A stretch of DNA of 64,000 nt from assembly GCA_965263355.1 (NCBI GenBank), contig CBDHHL010000026.1:1-64000 (forward strand), in the 5' to 3' direction. Origin of the DNA: Leptolyngbyaceae cyanobacterium. GTDB lineage: Bacteria > Cyanobacteriota > Cyanobacteriia > Phormidesmidales > Phormidesmidaceae. Position 1 is the stretch's first letter. Each line of letters begins with the position of its first letter. The translations under genes and the position numbers were made by a program. The notes under the pieces are model-generated. The model was not told the DNA's origin. It saw only the letters and a program-made list of their open reading frames with translations, and did no database searches. This document shows, piece after piece, positions 27,602 to 37,424 of this stretch.

Positions 27602-27927
27602 GAGCCTTAAAATTTAGATTTTCTTTAGGCACCGATACCTTCGGCAGAAGCTAATTGAGGTGATTCGCCTAGCTACCTGTACTACGTCTTCCACCAGCGG
27701 CTGACAGTGCGAAGCAAGGTGAGTTTTGTTACTATTAAGGCTGTTTAACATTCTCAAACATAAGTAACAGTCACGACCACGACCACGCCTAGGACTACGT
27801 TCCAACTACACCTATCATCATCTATACCGTTCAGGTAGAGATGGGGATAGTCGGTCGCTTTTGCTAGGGGCTGAAATCTCAAGGCTAGGAGCCAAAGAGA
27901 CTTCAGCCCCTAGCGTTTTTTAAGGGT

Positions 27928-28242
27928 GTGTACTCTCTCATGCGCAATAGTCTCAATTTCTATGACCGCATTGCCGCCCAGAATCAGGGATATGACATCA
28001 CTGGCTATGCTCCCAACACCCAGACCGCGAATGTCCTCCACCAAGACACTGACATCTCCGCCAATACCGTGATCCATCTGCTTCACATTCAAGATCTAGA
28101 CCTGTCTGAATTTCACCGTTCGTCCGGTAAATTTTCAATTTGGATCGTGGGCGAAGCCAGATTATTGAGTGCCAAAGATGTCCATGTGTTGCTGCAAGAA
28201 GCAGAAGTTCACCAGATAGACAGGGAAATTGGGGAGATATGA
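27928..28242 (+). pseudogene. Degenerate fragment of a conjugative relaxase-helicase (TrwC/TraA-like)
   Basis: GYDITGYAPN...ANVL...ISANTV..LL and IWIVGEARLLSAKD..LLQ resemble G.APT..AA and WIVDEAGLLSA of RecD-like relaxase helicases. Confidence 0.55.
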
Positions 28243-28336
28243 GGCTTTTTGCAGGCATCTAGACCTGAGACGAACAAAAGCGATATTGAGAATCACTGAA
28301 TGTCGCCCAGGTGACTTGACGATCTAAGTTAAAATG

Positions 28337-28350
28337 GTAACAATAGATAC
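28337..28350. promoter_or_regulatory. NtcA binding site (repressor position)
   Basis: GTA-ACAATAGA-TAC = GTA-N8-TAC, downstream of TTGACG (28316) and just before the riboswitch. Confidence 0.8.
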
Positions 28351-28358
28351 AGAAACAA

Positions 28359-28458
28359 ATCGTTCATCTCTTGACTTTTTGAATAACTATCAAAAAAGTT
28401 AGTTGAGACGGAAGTAAGTAGCAGCCAACATTCATGCTGCTATCTGAAGGAACGCACC
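28359..28458 (+). ncRNA. Glutamine riboswitch (glnA motif)
   Basis: ATCGTTCATCTC...GAGACGGAAGTAAG...GAAGGAACGC with two internal hairpins (GACTTTTTGA/TCAAAAAAGTT; TAGCAGC/GCTGCTA). Confidence 0.85.
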
Positions 28459-28500
28459 TCATTTTTAGGCTCTGTATTAATTATTGAGGACGCGAACCAA

Positions 28501-28653
28501 ATGGCTATCTACAACACTCACCTTGAAAACATTACTACTACTCATACTGTCGGCTCCAAGGAACGCCTAATTGGGCATACCAGTCGGCAACAGCTGCGTC
28601 ATCGCCAGCATTCTGTATTGATGCGTTTCAAGCAAAGCATCGAAGCAAAATAG
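28501..28653 (+). CDS. 50-aa IF7/IF17-like glutamine synthetase inactivating factor (putative); not in the ORF track
   Basis: GAGGA RBS; MAIYNTHLENITTTHTVGSKERLIGHTSRQQLRHRQHSVLMRFKQSIEAK; RQxSxLxR resembles IF7 RQQSMLSR. Confidence 0.7.
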   Translation: MAIYNTHLENITTTHTVGSKERLIGHTSRQQLRHRQHSVLMRFKQSIEAK

Positions 28654-28990
28654 ACCTAACTTGAATCATTAAACGGCTATCGATAGCCTAGCATCAGCGT
28701 ATCGTCAGCCTGAATCACTCACTTCACCTTATGCATTCCTACAACGTCCCCCAGACCATTGCTCTGGGGGATTTTTTATAGCTTCACTAGACAGATTGAT
28801 TCAATGAAAGCCATACATCTAGTCTCTGTGCAATTTCACAGACATACTTTCAGGTCGGAGTGGATCCTTCCTCAACATTTTTATACTGATAAGCTTTATT
28901 TTATCTTTCAAACTATCGCAAATATAGAGCATCCGCCGTTGAGGCGCGACTTGTTTTCACGACCAAATCCGCTAATGCCCCTATAGGGGA

Positions 28991-29254
28991 TTGAGAAACA
29001 GAACGCATCTGTCTTCCTCAATCAGAATTCTGATTAAAGATGGTACCGTAACTGTCACCCCTGACGATCTAGAAAACCAGCTGACGAAAGTTGAGAAAAA
29101 TCAGTTGGTCGATGTTTACAGAGGTCTGGGGCACGTGGGTGAGGGGCACTGTCGTGCTGAGGGGCACTGTCGTGCTGAGGAGCACTGTCGTGCTGAGGGG
29201 CATTCTGAGGGGCACTGTCGTGCTGAGGGGCACTGTCGTGCTGAGGAGATTTAA
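28991..29254 (+). pseudogene. C-terminal remnant of a DUF4382-like paralogue with tandem EGHCRA repeats
   Basis: LENQL...GLGHVGEGHC matches the end of 26656-27546; 18-bp repeats at 29141-29242. Confidence 0.7.
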
Positions 29255-30240
29255 TTCTTGTCTGCAAAAACAGAACGGAGATTCTCTACATTGTTTTGCA
29301 TCACAGCCAGAAAATCTCCGTCTTCAGGGACATTGCCTGCCGGGTCAAAGACAACACTTTCAATACCCAGCTGACGCAAGCGCTCTACACTCTCAGGTAA
29401 AGGGTCACCTTCCCAGATCATCCATTTAGCAGGATGCTCCGCAAGAAGTGACTCTAGCTCAGCCCACTGCTCTTGATCAGGAAACGTCTCAGGTTCCCAT
29501 AGAACACTTCTAAGGTTAAGGCCATAGCGGACAGCCAGATAATCATAGACAGGATGAGATGCCAATAAGGGCTGGTTTTGATCGGCAGAACCTTCCACTA
29601 ATGTGGCAATTTGTTCGTCAATATTAGTCAAATCCTGCTCTAAGGCTTTGTAATTAGTAGTAAAGAGAGCGGCTTGTGCAGGAAATTGGGTGGTCATGCG
29701 ATCGCGAATGACTGCTGCCTGCTCAATCGCCAGGGTAGGGTCAACCCATGTGGTAAACGCAGTTCCTTCGTGGGAGTGTTCTCCCTCGGGCCCATGCTGG
29801 TGGGTGACAACCTCCTTACTGGACAGCCAGCGATCCTGAAATTGGCTGGCCGTGTCAATTGTCTTAGCTTGGGGTAGGCTAGCCGTCTGTAGCCATTTTT
29901 CGTAGGTGGCCCCATTGAGAACAATCAACTCAGCTGTTTGTAACTGATTGAGGTCATCTGCCGATGGCTGCCAAAAAGCCGGGTCAATGTCGTTCGGGAC
30001 CGGTAGCTCCACCCTAACCTGGTCTGCCCCAATCCGCTCAGCAAAATACTTGAGGGGATAATTAGTGACATAAATGAGGGACTGGCTGCCCTCAGCACTG
30101 ACAGTACTAATATCATCACCCGCCTGCTCCACAGTTTCGTTTACCTCAGCGGGCGCGCAACTGCTAACCAGTAGTGAAGTGGTTGCGATCGCAACCATCA
30201 TCATCCGAGAAAAAGGAAGGATCTTAAATCGAAATATCAT
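29251..30240 (-). CDS. Metal ABC substrate-binding lipoprotein (ZnuA/cluster A-I)
   Basis: VSSC lipobox, DPAFWQP, HQHGPEGEHSH, TWVDP; AGGAG RBS before ATG 30240. Confidence 0.9.
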   Translation of the reverse strand: MIFRFKILPFSRMMMVAIATTSLLVSSCAPAEVNETVEQAGDDISTVSAEGSQSLIYVTNYPLKYFAERIGADQVRVELPVPNDIDPAFWQPSADDLNQLQTAELIVLNGATYEKWLQTASLPQAKTIDTASQFQDRWLSSKEVVTHQHGPEGEHSHEGTAFTTWVDPTLAIEQAAVIRDRMTTQFPAQAALFTTNYKALEQDLTNIDEQIATLVEGSADQNQPLLASHPVYDYLAVRYGLNLRSVLWEPETFPDQEQWAELESLLAEHPAKWMIWEGDPLPESVERLRQLGIESVVFDPAGNVPEDGDFLAVMQNNVENLRSVFADKN

Positions 30241-30290
30241 ATTAAACGTCTCCTGTTGATAAATAAACCTTGTCCACGTCCAGGACGCCA

Positions 30291-31478
30291 TTAAGAAAGC
30301 ATTGTTTGAGTAATTCGATCTTTGAACACACCGGTACTAGCGGTGATCACCAGGGAACAACCAAAACTAATCACCAAAATAGTCACAACTTCCGCTGCAA
30401 TTAAGCGAATAATCATAGTGCGGCAGCATCCCAACTTGAAGTTTGTTTCCATCTCTCGCTGCCGCAGTCGCAGGGAGAGATTAAAGACTAAAATCAACGC
30501 TATGACCGTCGCCACAGTCACCAAACCAAAGACTAGATTTAAAATATTACGTACCTTGAAGACCTCTAAAAGCAGTTCTTCAATAACACTAGCAGGTTGA
30601 ATAATTTGGCTACCGGCCTCACTGACCTCGTACCGTCCCCTTAAAATAGCGGCTGACTTTTCATCCTTAGGAATCGCAATAACCGCTGTCAACGGAAACG
30701 TCTCCATAGAGCCATGGAAGTGAAAAGAGGCCAAATTGTCGGCATCAATCTGATTATACTGGGTCAACGCGGCATTGGCAGTCACAACAGTATCCTTTTG
30801 ACCAAGGACGACATCAGTATCTTCAGGCTGTTCCAGATCCTGATGCCCGTGGCCTAACCCTTGAATTACCCAGGTCGTTTTTATATCGACAAAGACGGCA
30901 TTATCGTCGGCTGTATGCGACTTTTCCAAAACACCGACGACATTCATTTTAAGTGGATAAACACCGCCAAAATCGAAGACCGATTCTGGAGACGACACAA
31001 GGGTATCACCGGGTTTTAAGTTTAAGGCAGCGGCCACATCAGCGCCTAAGACCGCTTCGCCTAAAATGCTAAAGTTGCGCCCGTCTGCCACAGAAAGCTG
31101 GCGTAGATCAAAATAGTCTAAACTGGTGCCGATAATGGGAAAGTTGCGGGCCTGAAATTGGCTGTGGAGGGGAATTGCGATCGCTAACGACGATGACTGA
31201 ATTTGATTGACTTCGGCCATCGTAATGGTCTGGGGCGGCACTGTAGCAAAATATAGGGAATTAATAGCCAGATCCAGGTCACTGCCCTTAGCCCCCACCA
31301 CCAGCGGCGTTGTTTCAGCCCGTGCCATCAGCTCTCGTTCACTGGCCGATAGCAACAGATTTAAGCTTAACGGCAAAGCCCCTACTAGGGTTACACAGGC
31401 AATCAAAATAGTCGTGCGCAATTTATTAAAGCTTAGATACTTCCACGCCAGGAAAAAACTAGCTTGCAGACCATTCAT
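30291..31478 (-). CDS. FtsX/MacB-type ABC permease
   Basis: LVVGAKGS, EAVLGADVA, GHGH, HFHG, RQRE plus C-terminal TMs. Confidence 0.85.
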   Translation of the reverse strand: MNGLQASFFLAWKYLSFNKLRTTILIACVTLVGALPLSLNLLLSASERELMARAETTPLVVGAKGSDLDLAINSLYFATVPPQTITMAEVNQIQSSSLAIAIPLHSQFQARNFPIIGTSLDYFDLRQLSVADGRNFSILGEAVLGADVAAALNLKPGDTLVSSPESVFDFGGVYPLKMNVVGVLEKSHTADDNAVFVDIKTTWVIQGLGHGHQDLEQPEDTDVVLGQKDTVVTANAALTQYNQIDADNLASFHFHGSMETFPLTAVIAIPKDEKSAAILRGRYEVSEAGSQIIQPASVIEELLLEVFKVRNILNLVFGLVTVATVIALILVFNLSLRLRQREMETNFKLGCCRTMIIRLIAAEVVTILVISFGCSLVITASTGVFKDRITQTMLS

Positions 31479-32233
31479 ACCGTTTCCTCCTGCCGTTTTT
31501 GAGCCAGTGGGCTAACGACTGGTTGGGTGGTCTCCGACTGCGCTGACGTGACCGCTATAGCTGTTTTTAGATCAATCACCCGTTCGAAACGCTCCAGCAA
31601 CCCATAATCATGGGTAACCGCTAGTAAAGTGGACGGCTGTTCATCAACGTAGCGAAACAAAATATCAAGGATACGCTGTTTATTGTCTGGGTCTAAATTA
31701 CCCGTCGCTTCATCTGCCAAAATCAACTGTGGTTGCGGCAGTAGGGCACGACAGATAGCCACTCGTTGTCGTTCCCCCTGAGAAAGTGCTTTGATTGAAC
31801 GCTTGAGCTTATCGAGAATACCTAACTGGGCAGCCAGGTCACGAGCCCGCGCTTTTACTGTCCCGTCCAGCTTTAGGGCAGGATTCAGACGATAAGCATG
31901 GAGAATATTATCAAACACATTGAGATATTCCACCAGTTCAAAATCTTGAAAAACAAATCCAATGTGTGAAATGCGAAATTGCCGTCGGGCAGCATCAGAG
32001 AGCTGGTGCATAGAGACATCTGCTACCTGAATCTGTCCTGCTAACGGTGTCCGAATTCCCGCAATCAATTGTAAAAGCGTCGTTTTGCCCGTCCCACTAG
32101 CCCCAATCATGGCCACCTTTTGACCGCGATGAATGACTAAATGGGGTAATTTAATATGAAATCCACCTCGATCGTATCGAAATTCAAGGTTGGTGAGTTC
32201 AACAATAGGCTGGATATCGGTAGATTTTTCCAT
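31475..32233 (-). CDS. ABC ATP-binding protein (LolD-like)
   Basis: GASGTGKTT, LSQGERQRVA, LADEATGNLD, VTHD. Confidence 0.95.
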   Translation of the reverse strand: MEKSTDIQPIVELTNLEFRYDRGGFHIKLPHLVIHRGQKVAMIGASGTGKTTLLQLIAGIRTPLAGQIQVADVSMHQLSDAARRQFRISHIGFVFQDFELVEYLNVFDNILHAYRLNPALKLDGTVKARARDLAAQLGILDKLKRSIKALSQGERQRVAICRALLPQPQLILADEATGNLDPDNKQRILDILFRYVDEQPSTLLAVTHDYGLLERFERVIDLKTAIAVTSAQSETTQPVVSPLAQKRQEETV

Positions 32234-32306
32234 AGGATTAAGAAATAAAAATTCTATAGGCCGTTTGATAGAGTTAGAAAATAGAAATTGTTGTCAAAGT
32301 TTAAAA

Positions 32307-34568
32307 CTATGACAATCGATGTTCATCCACAACTTCGATACTTTTAATTTTCCAGACAGCGTCAGCGTAGGTTAGAGTGACCAAAGCAACATATAGATTA
32401 TTACGGTAATGTGTGTGGCCAAAGTGGGTGACAGAGCCTCCCACCAGCCATTCTGCTTGTACAACAACTTCCTTATTCGGTAATGAGTCGACCGAGCCAG
32501 TTTTCATGACAGCAACATAATCAACGCTAGCTCGTGCACCACCTCGATTTTCAATTTCCAGTGCGCGACGATTTTCCAGATAGATATCCGTGAGCTGTTC
32601 TCCTGTCACACTGATGGCCAATTTTTCATAGATTTCTTCTTCTGTACGAAACTCAAATGACTCATACACATTGCTCAGCAACTGATCGAGAATCAGAGCA
32701 ATTTGAGGCGATGAAGGTTTTGGTTGTAAAGGAGCCGGTAACACCAACGGCAAGGCCAAAACAGGATAGGCCCAAATCGCTAGCGGTAAGACTGTACGTG
32801 TTGCGGCAAAGAGTGGCAAAGATGGCTTATTCTTCAGTTTTAATCGACCACTATCTAACCCCAAAGCCACTAAAACTAAGGCTAAAGAAACGAGGGGAAT
32901 GGTTCGACTGTTAGCATTGACGTCAATTGCTTCTATGGCAGGAGCTGACACATCAACTAATAAGTTATTTTGCCAATCGATAGTAGGCTGATCTCTCGTC
33001 AAAACTGCCTCTACCTGGCTATGGGGCTCGTTGATGGTCGTCGCAACTTCTGGCAGTGTCGGAGAGAACCGGTTCCATTCAACGGTGACCATTTTGGGAA
33101 AACTGTCGGTAGAATAGCGCAACACAGCGCCCAGCCTAGTGTCCTCCAAATCTTCAGGGTCAGGGGCCTCCTGGATAAGAGGCCCCTGCTCATCCCAAAC
33201 AACAAAATTAATCTGGTCAACAGTAGGCTCTGCAACCACCCCATCAATTTTCAGCAACAGGCTATCGGTCAGGGTCTGAACAACTTTTTGTTTGAAAGCT
33301 TCGGCGTTAGCTGTTACAGCAGGAACATCCTCCATCAGATCAAGGGCAGATAAATCCATTAGAATTTCAGCATGAATTTCCAGCGGCTCAATGATTATAA
33401 AAATCTCAATGGGTGCAGAGAGATCGCCATTGGTAGTAGTTTCAGCAGTTTGCGAGGCAGACACCACAGATGAATTAGCGATAGTGCCACTGACTTCGGC
33501 ATCACCAGGCTCAGTGGAGACTACCGGCTCAGTCTGACTTGTTATCAGTTGAGTTTCAGGAGAGATAACTGACAATTGTCCTCGATAGCTTTGAGGGAAA
33601 GCTATGGCAACTAACGCCATACCCACTAGCCCGTAGCCTATCCCCTGTCGCCAGCGCTGTGGCAACCGACGTCCCACAGCTGTGCCACCAACAATCACCA
33701 AAACTGCCAACAATTGTGCTGCATCCATACCGATATGGAGCAGCAGCAGCCGAAGTACCAATTGATCACCCAACATACCGCCATCAATCAGCACCTTGGC
33801 CCAGCCAAACCCGTGCAGTAGCCCTAACCCTAAAAGGGGCCAACAAATCCAATCAGTGGAGGCTTCTGGCTTACGCCATATCCCCATCGCCGCTAGAACA
33901 GCTGCGGCCAAAAGCAACCCAGTCTCCGCCACAAACATAGGGACAGTTACACCACCGACGCTAACAATAACTGACAGCAGTCCGCCCACCATAAAAAATG
34001 TAATCGAGCGCACTAAATTACTAGAGCGACTCCCAAAAGCCAGAGCCACTAAAAAAAGAAGGTGAGGCCAGGAAAGAACAATATGTATAAATCCTGACAC
34101 AGCATCCTGGCGTAGCTGAGTCAGCCATTGCCCGTCCATAATTTGAAATTGGTCTATGGGAACGATAATGCCATCGTCTGTGGCGGCTAAAAATTGAGTT
34201 TGGGACGACCCATCTTGCCAATAGACGGTAAAGACGCTGCCTTCGGTTTGCCAGGGTAAGCTCAATTTGTCCCGACTCATAAGGGGCGCATCGCGGCAGT
34301 CAAAAGCAAACAACAGAACCGTTGACGACAAAGCTTGCCCCACAGGATTTTCCGACGATAGCTGACAGCGAGCAGGCAGCCTGGGTACCAATGTACTACC
34401 GGCAAAAGCATCGGGCAAGTCGACTCTTAGCTCATAGTTACCCTTAGACTGCTCTCGTAATTCTACTAGAGCAATATCCCCACCATGGGCAAGGGCAGGA
34501 CGCCCTACTACCAGACAAAATATAGCCAACACTGCAGTGCAGATTGCAAATTGCTGCCGTTGTCCCAT
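32307..34568 (-). CDS. Large HupE/UreJ-domain membrane protein
   Basis: Signal ALA-HG, GFIHIV..WPHLLF, GLLHGFG, C-terminal HFGHTHYR; GGAG RBS before ATG 34568. Confidence 0.75.
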   Translation of the reverse strand: MGQRQQFAICTAVLAIFCLVVGRPALAHGGDIALVELREQSKGNYELRVDLPDAFAGSTLVPRLPARCQLSSENPVGQALSSTVLLFAFDCRDAPLMSRDKLSLPWQTEGSVFTVYWQDGSSQTQFLAATDDGIIVPIDQFQIMDGQWLTQLRQDAVSGFIHIVLSWPHLLFLVALAFGSRSSNLVRSITFFMVGGLLSVIVSVGGVTVPMFVAETGLLLAAAVLAAMGIWRKPEASTDWICWPLLGLGLLHGFGWAKVLIDGGMLGDQLVLRLLLLHIGMDAAQLLAVLVIVGGTAVGRRLPQRWRQGIGYGLVGMALVAIAFPQSYRGQLSVISPETQLITSQTEPVVSTEPGDAEVSGTIANSSVVSASQTAETTTNGDLSAPIEIFIIIEPLEIHAEILMDLSALDLMEDVPAVTANAEAFKQKVVQTLTDSLLLKIDGVVAEPTVDQINFVVWDEQGPLIQEAPDPEDLEDTRLGAVLRYSTDSFPKMVTVEWNRFSPTLPEVATTINEPHSQVEAVLTRDQPTIDWQNNLLVDVSAPAIEAIDVNANSRTIPLVSLALVLVALGLDSGRLKLKNKPSLPLFAATRTVLPLAIWAYPVLALPLVLPAPLQPKPSSPQIALILDQLLSNVYESFEFRTEEEIYEKLAISVTGEQLTDIYLENRRALEIENRGGARASVDYVAVMKTGSVDSLPNKEVVVQAEWLVGGSVTHFGHTHYRNNLYVALVTLTYADAVWKIKSIEVVDEHRLS

Positions 34569-34666
34569 GGTTTTATCTCCAAGAAAGTACAGAGCAAGAC
34601 AGCCCAGTCTATTAAATATGGAATTTATCAGCAAGCAAACTCAGTTGGTTCCATTGATAAATCTCA

Positions 34667-35218
34667 TCATCGATTCTCCTGTTGCCGTAATTGTTTCTCT
34701 ACAACGTTCGGGCTTAAATCAACGATTTTGCTGCCATAGTTGATCCACAATCTAAAATCCACATGAGGCGGATAGGTATAATTCCCGCCAGTACCACCCA
34801 TCACGCCAATGTATTGACCCTGCTTGACGTAATCTCCTTTTCGGACAGAAAAGCTCTTGGCGTGAGCATAAGCCCCCTTGATGGGATAGCGTTTGCCAGA
34901 GAGTTCAAAAAATATAAAAAAGTCGAATGCGTCTCCTACTTCTACGGATGTTGGCTTCTTGATAATTTCTATGATAGGTGATGGGTCTACCGGCATTGGA
35001 TCTGGATCTGAGGCTCCAATACCGACAGCAATGACCATAGCTCCAGGCTTTTCAAAACCCGAATCCGTCAACCACCTTTGGAACATTGCCAGCGCAATAA
35101 ATTTTTCGCCGGGCTCACCAATTCCCTCTGGACGGGACTCTTTTACAATTTTCTCAAGGTAAAAATTGCCTTCCATTAGATAGAAAGCATGATCAGTCTC
35201 CTTAATCCAGGTAGTCAT
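34667..35218 (-). CDS. M23 peptidase-domain protein, probably internally deleted
   Basis: YAH...VRKGDYVKQGQYIGVMGGTG...PPHVDF; the N-terminal HxxxD half of M23 is absent. Confidence 0.6.
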   Translation of the reverse strand: MTTWIKETDHAFYLMEGNFYLEKIVKESRPEGIGEPGEKFIALAMFQRWLTDSGFEKPGAMVIAVGIGASDPDPMPVDPSPIIEIIKKPTSVEVGDAFDFFIFFELSGKRYPIKGAYAHAKSFSVRKGDYVKQGQYIGVMGGTGGNYTYPPHVDFRLWINYGSKIVDLSPNVVEKQLRQQENR

Positions 35219-35379
35219 GGGGCTGCGTTTTTAAAGGGCGGCTGATCAAATACTAGATCGGATTTGAACGTATCTAAAGTCATACATCATCTTTAATCAG
35301 GGGCTAGACTAGCAAGCCTGATATAGGCTTCGGCAAATTGATCTGAACGGTACCCAGCGGCCCGCAAGTATCCGCTGTA

Positions 35380-35587
35380 TTCACACCTGGGAGCACCCCC
35401 AAAGCCATGTGTGGGGCACCTATCTCCACGGTTTGTTTGAATCCACCACCCTGCGCCAAGCATTAGCCCAGCTAACCAATGTACAAGACCATCAGCCGGG
35501 GCCATCTCCTGACAACAACAACAATTTCAGCTCTATGACCAAATGGCCGATACCCTAGAAGAATACCGTGAGCTAGCCCCGTCGTAA
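35380..35587 (+). pseudogene. cobQ: Cobyric acid synthase C-terminal remnant
   Basis: HVWGTYLHGLFES..LR at 35406; after a frameshift, QLYDQMADTLEEY. Confidence 0.65.
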
Positions 35588-35684
35588 GTGGGTTGGTTTG
35601 ACCTGAGGAACGGATAGCTCCAACCGCTGGGTTTGGCGTAGCTGAGTTTGTGCAGCGTCTCCAACTCCCCACGTATAAGACTTT

Positions 35685-36374
35685 TTATAATACAAATGGA
35701 ACAACAGTATGCTCACTGCGGGTACGATCGCGATCAACTGCTGAAAGCACCTGATTTTCGGCTTTAGACGATGCTAAACACTGAATGACCAGATCGGCGA
35801 CATCGATACGTGTGATGCTGCCTGCAACACGCATATCTTCTACAAGCATGCCCTTACCCGTGGCGGGTTCGGATAGCAACCCGCCAGGACGCACGATAGT
35901 AAAGGAGAGACCACTGGCTATCAGGTGTTCTTCGGCCTTAGCTTTGGCGAGAAGAGCGGGTCGCAGCGTTTCTAGCACCTGTTCAGGAAGTGCGACGGCA
36001 CTCTCTCGTACCCCAATCGAAGACACTAAGATAAATCGCTGACAGTGTGGTGATTTTACCGCATCTACAAGATGGCGATTACCTAGATAGTCGGCGCGGG
36101 GTTGGTCGCGGGTAAAGCCTTTGCCGCCTAGGGTTGTCACCACAGCAAAGGGGGCTGAGCCAATCGATTGCACTGCTGTTTTTACAAAGTCAGCATCCAA
36201 TGCATCACCGACCTGGACGCTTGCCCCCAGAGATTCGAGCTGCGATCGCACATCATCGGTTCGCAACAAGGCTACAACTTGATGACCTTGTTGGGTTAAT
36301 CCTTTTACGACTTCAAAGCCCACTCCACGGCTGGCTCCGGCAACAAAGACGTTTAGTGGCATAGTGGTAGTCAT
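35685..36374 (-). CDS. NAD(P)-binding SDR-like oxidoreductase
   Basis: VAGASRGVG, LVSSIG, TIVRPGGL, ITRIDVA. Confidence 0.9.
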   Translation of the reverse strand: MTTTMPLNVFVAGASRGVGFEVVKGLTQQGHQVVALLRTDDVRSQLESLGASVQVGDALDADFVKTAVQSIGSAPFAVVTTLGGKGFTRDQPRADYLGNRHLVDAVKSPHCQRFILVSSIGVRESAVALPEQVLETLRPALLAKAKAEEHLIASGLSFTIVRPGGLLSEPATGKGMLVEDMRVAGSITRIDVADLVIQCLASSKAENQVLSAVDRDRTRSEHTVVPFVL

Positions 36375-36533
36375 AGCGATCAGATAACGTGGGTCATGAC
36401 ACAGTGTGTCACAAGTGCTCCCAATTTTTCTAGTGAGACACTGTGAGATCGCGTTCCACCAAGACAGTACCGAAATCTGGCAGGCTTACGAATCCCTCGA
36501 ATGTGGTTACGCAGGGCTCAAACAGAGCTACAG

Positions 36534-36731
36534 TTAACGATGTGTAATTTTTGTCTTGATTGTCTCAAACAGCGCAGAAAGCCAAACTCTAAGTCGACTC
36601 ACAATAGATTGTTTTGCATTGAGCTTACTAGCTTCACGATCTGCATCGATCTGCCGCATGCGCGCAGTCCAAGCCTCCCGATCAACACGCATAGCCTCAA
36701 TCTTCTTCCGCATATCACTAAGATTAGTCAT
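36534..36731 (-). CDS. Small hypothetical protein
   Basis: AGGAGG RBS, MTNLSDMRKKIE...; overlaps the upstream gene end. Confidence 0.55.
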   Translation of the reverse strand: MTNLSDMRKKIEAMRVDREAWTARMRQIDADREASKLNAKQSIVSRLRVWLSALFETIKTKITHR

Positions 36732-36951
36732 CGAGCCTCCTATTAATCGCTTCCAGCTCATCCATAATCTGTTTTCGCCCCGCAGTGGTCTCATTAATAA
36801 GAATTTCAAGAATCTCATCAATGCCAGAGAAGCGACCATTGCACTCCTCCATAAACTGACCAAGGGCCTCAGTTGTAACGCCTAAAGATTCGTTGACACT
36901 ATCAATTCTGCTGCGCAGTTGATTAATCGCTTGCTGAGTTTCATTATCCAT
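36724..36951 (-). CDS. Small coiled-coil protein
   Basis: MDNETQQAINQLRSRID...; coupled to both neighbours. Confidence 0.6.
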   Translation of the reverse strand: MDNETQQAINQLRSRIDSVNESLGVTTEALGQFMEECNGRFSGIDEILEILINETTAGRKQIMDELEAINRRLDD

Positions 36952-37153
36952 GCTGCTCAGCATCCTTTGCTAATGCCTCTCGCGTCGCTTGGATACCGCG
37001 TTTCGCTAAAATCAACAGCTTCTGACTATCCGGCATCTGCTCCCAAACATCCTCTGGAATGCCTGCCAACTCAGCAAACTCCTTCAGCTCCTTCTCAATG
37101 CCGCCGATGTCTACACTAATACGACGAGTCTTAGATTTTGAATCTTTAGCCAT
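36944..37153 (-). CDS. Small RHH-like DNA-binding protein (putative)
   Basis: KTRRISVDI beta-strand followed by helices. Confidence 0.5.
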   Translation of the reverse strand: MAKDSKSKTRRISVDIGGIEKELKEFAELAGIPEDVWEQMPDSQKLLILAKRGIQATREALAKDAEQHG

Positions 37154-37424
37154 GAAGAATATCGTAACTTCAAGCACATCTTAGCATCATATGCATCAAG
37201 TACTGCATGTATTAATCAAAGTGACCCATCGTAATTATATTCATTACAATCCAGTCCGCCATGGATTGTGCGAGAGTCCGCAGGAGTGGCAATCTTTCAG
37301 TGTGATCGGTTCGTTGCAGAGGGTATTTGTCCATCTAACTAGTGTCAAGAGGAGAGTCCTGAAATCTCTCATGGATTGATGGGAAATAGCTTTGGAGATG
37401 ACTTAGAAATGCTGTAAGCGGTGC

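Noticed and set aside
27600..27900. Cobalamin riboswitch upstream of the cbi operon
   Set aside because: No recognisable B12-box or conserved core found by eye; Infernal would be decisive.
29141..29242. CRISPR array, or the alternative-frame ORFs 29055-29267 and 29091-29429
   Set aside because: 18-bp tandem repeat without spacers; only the EGHCRA frame continues a recognisable protein.
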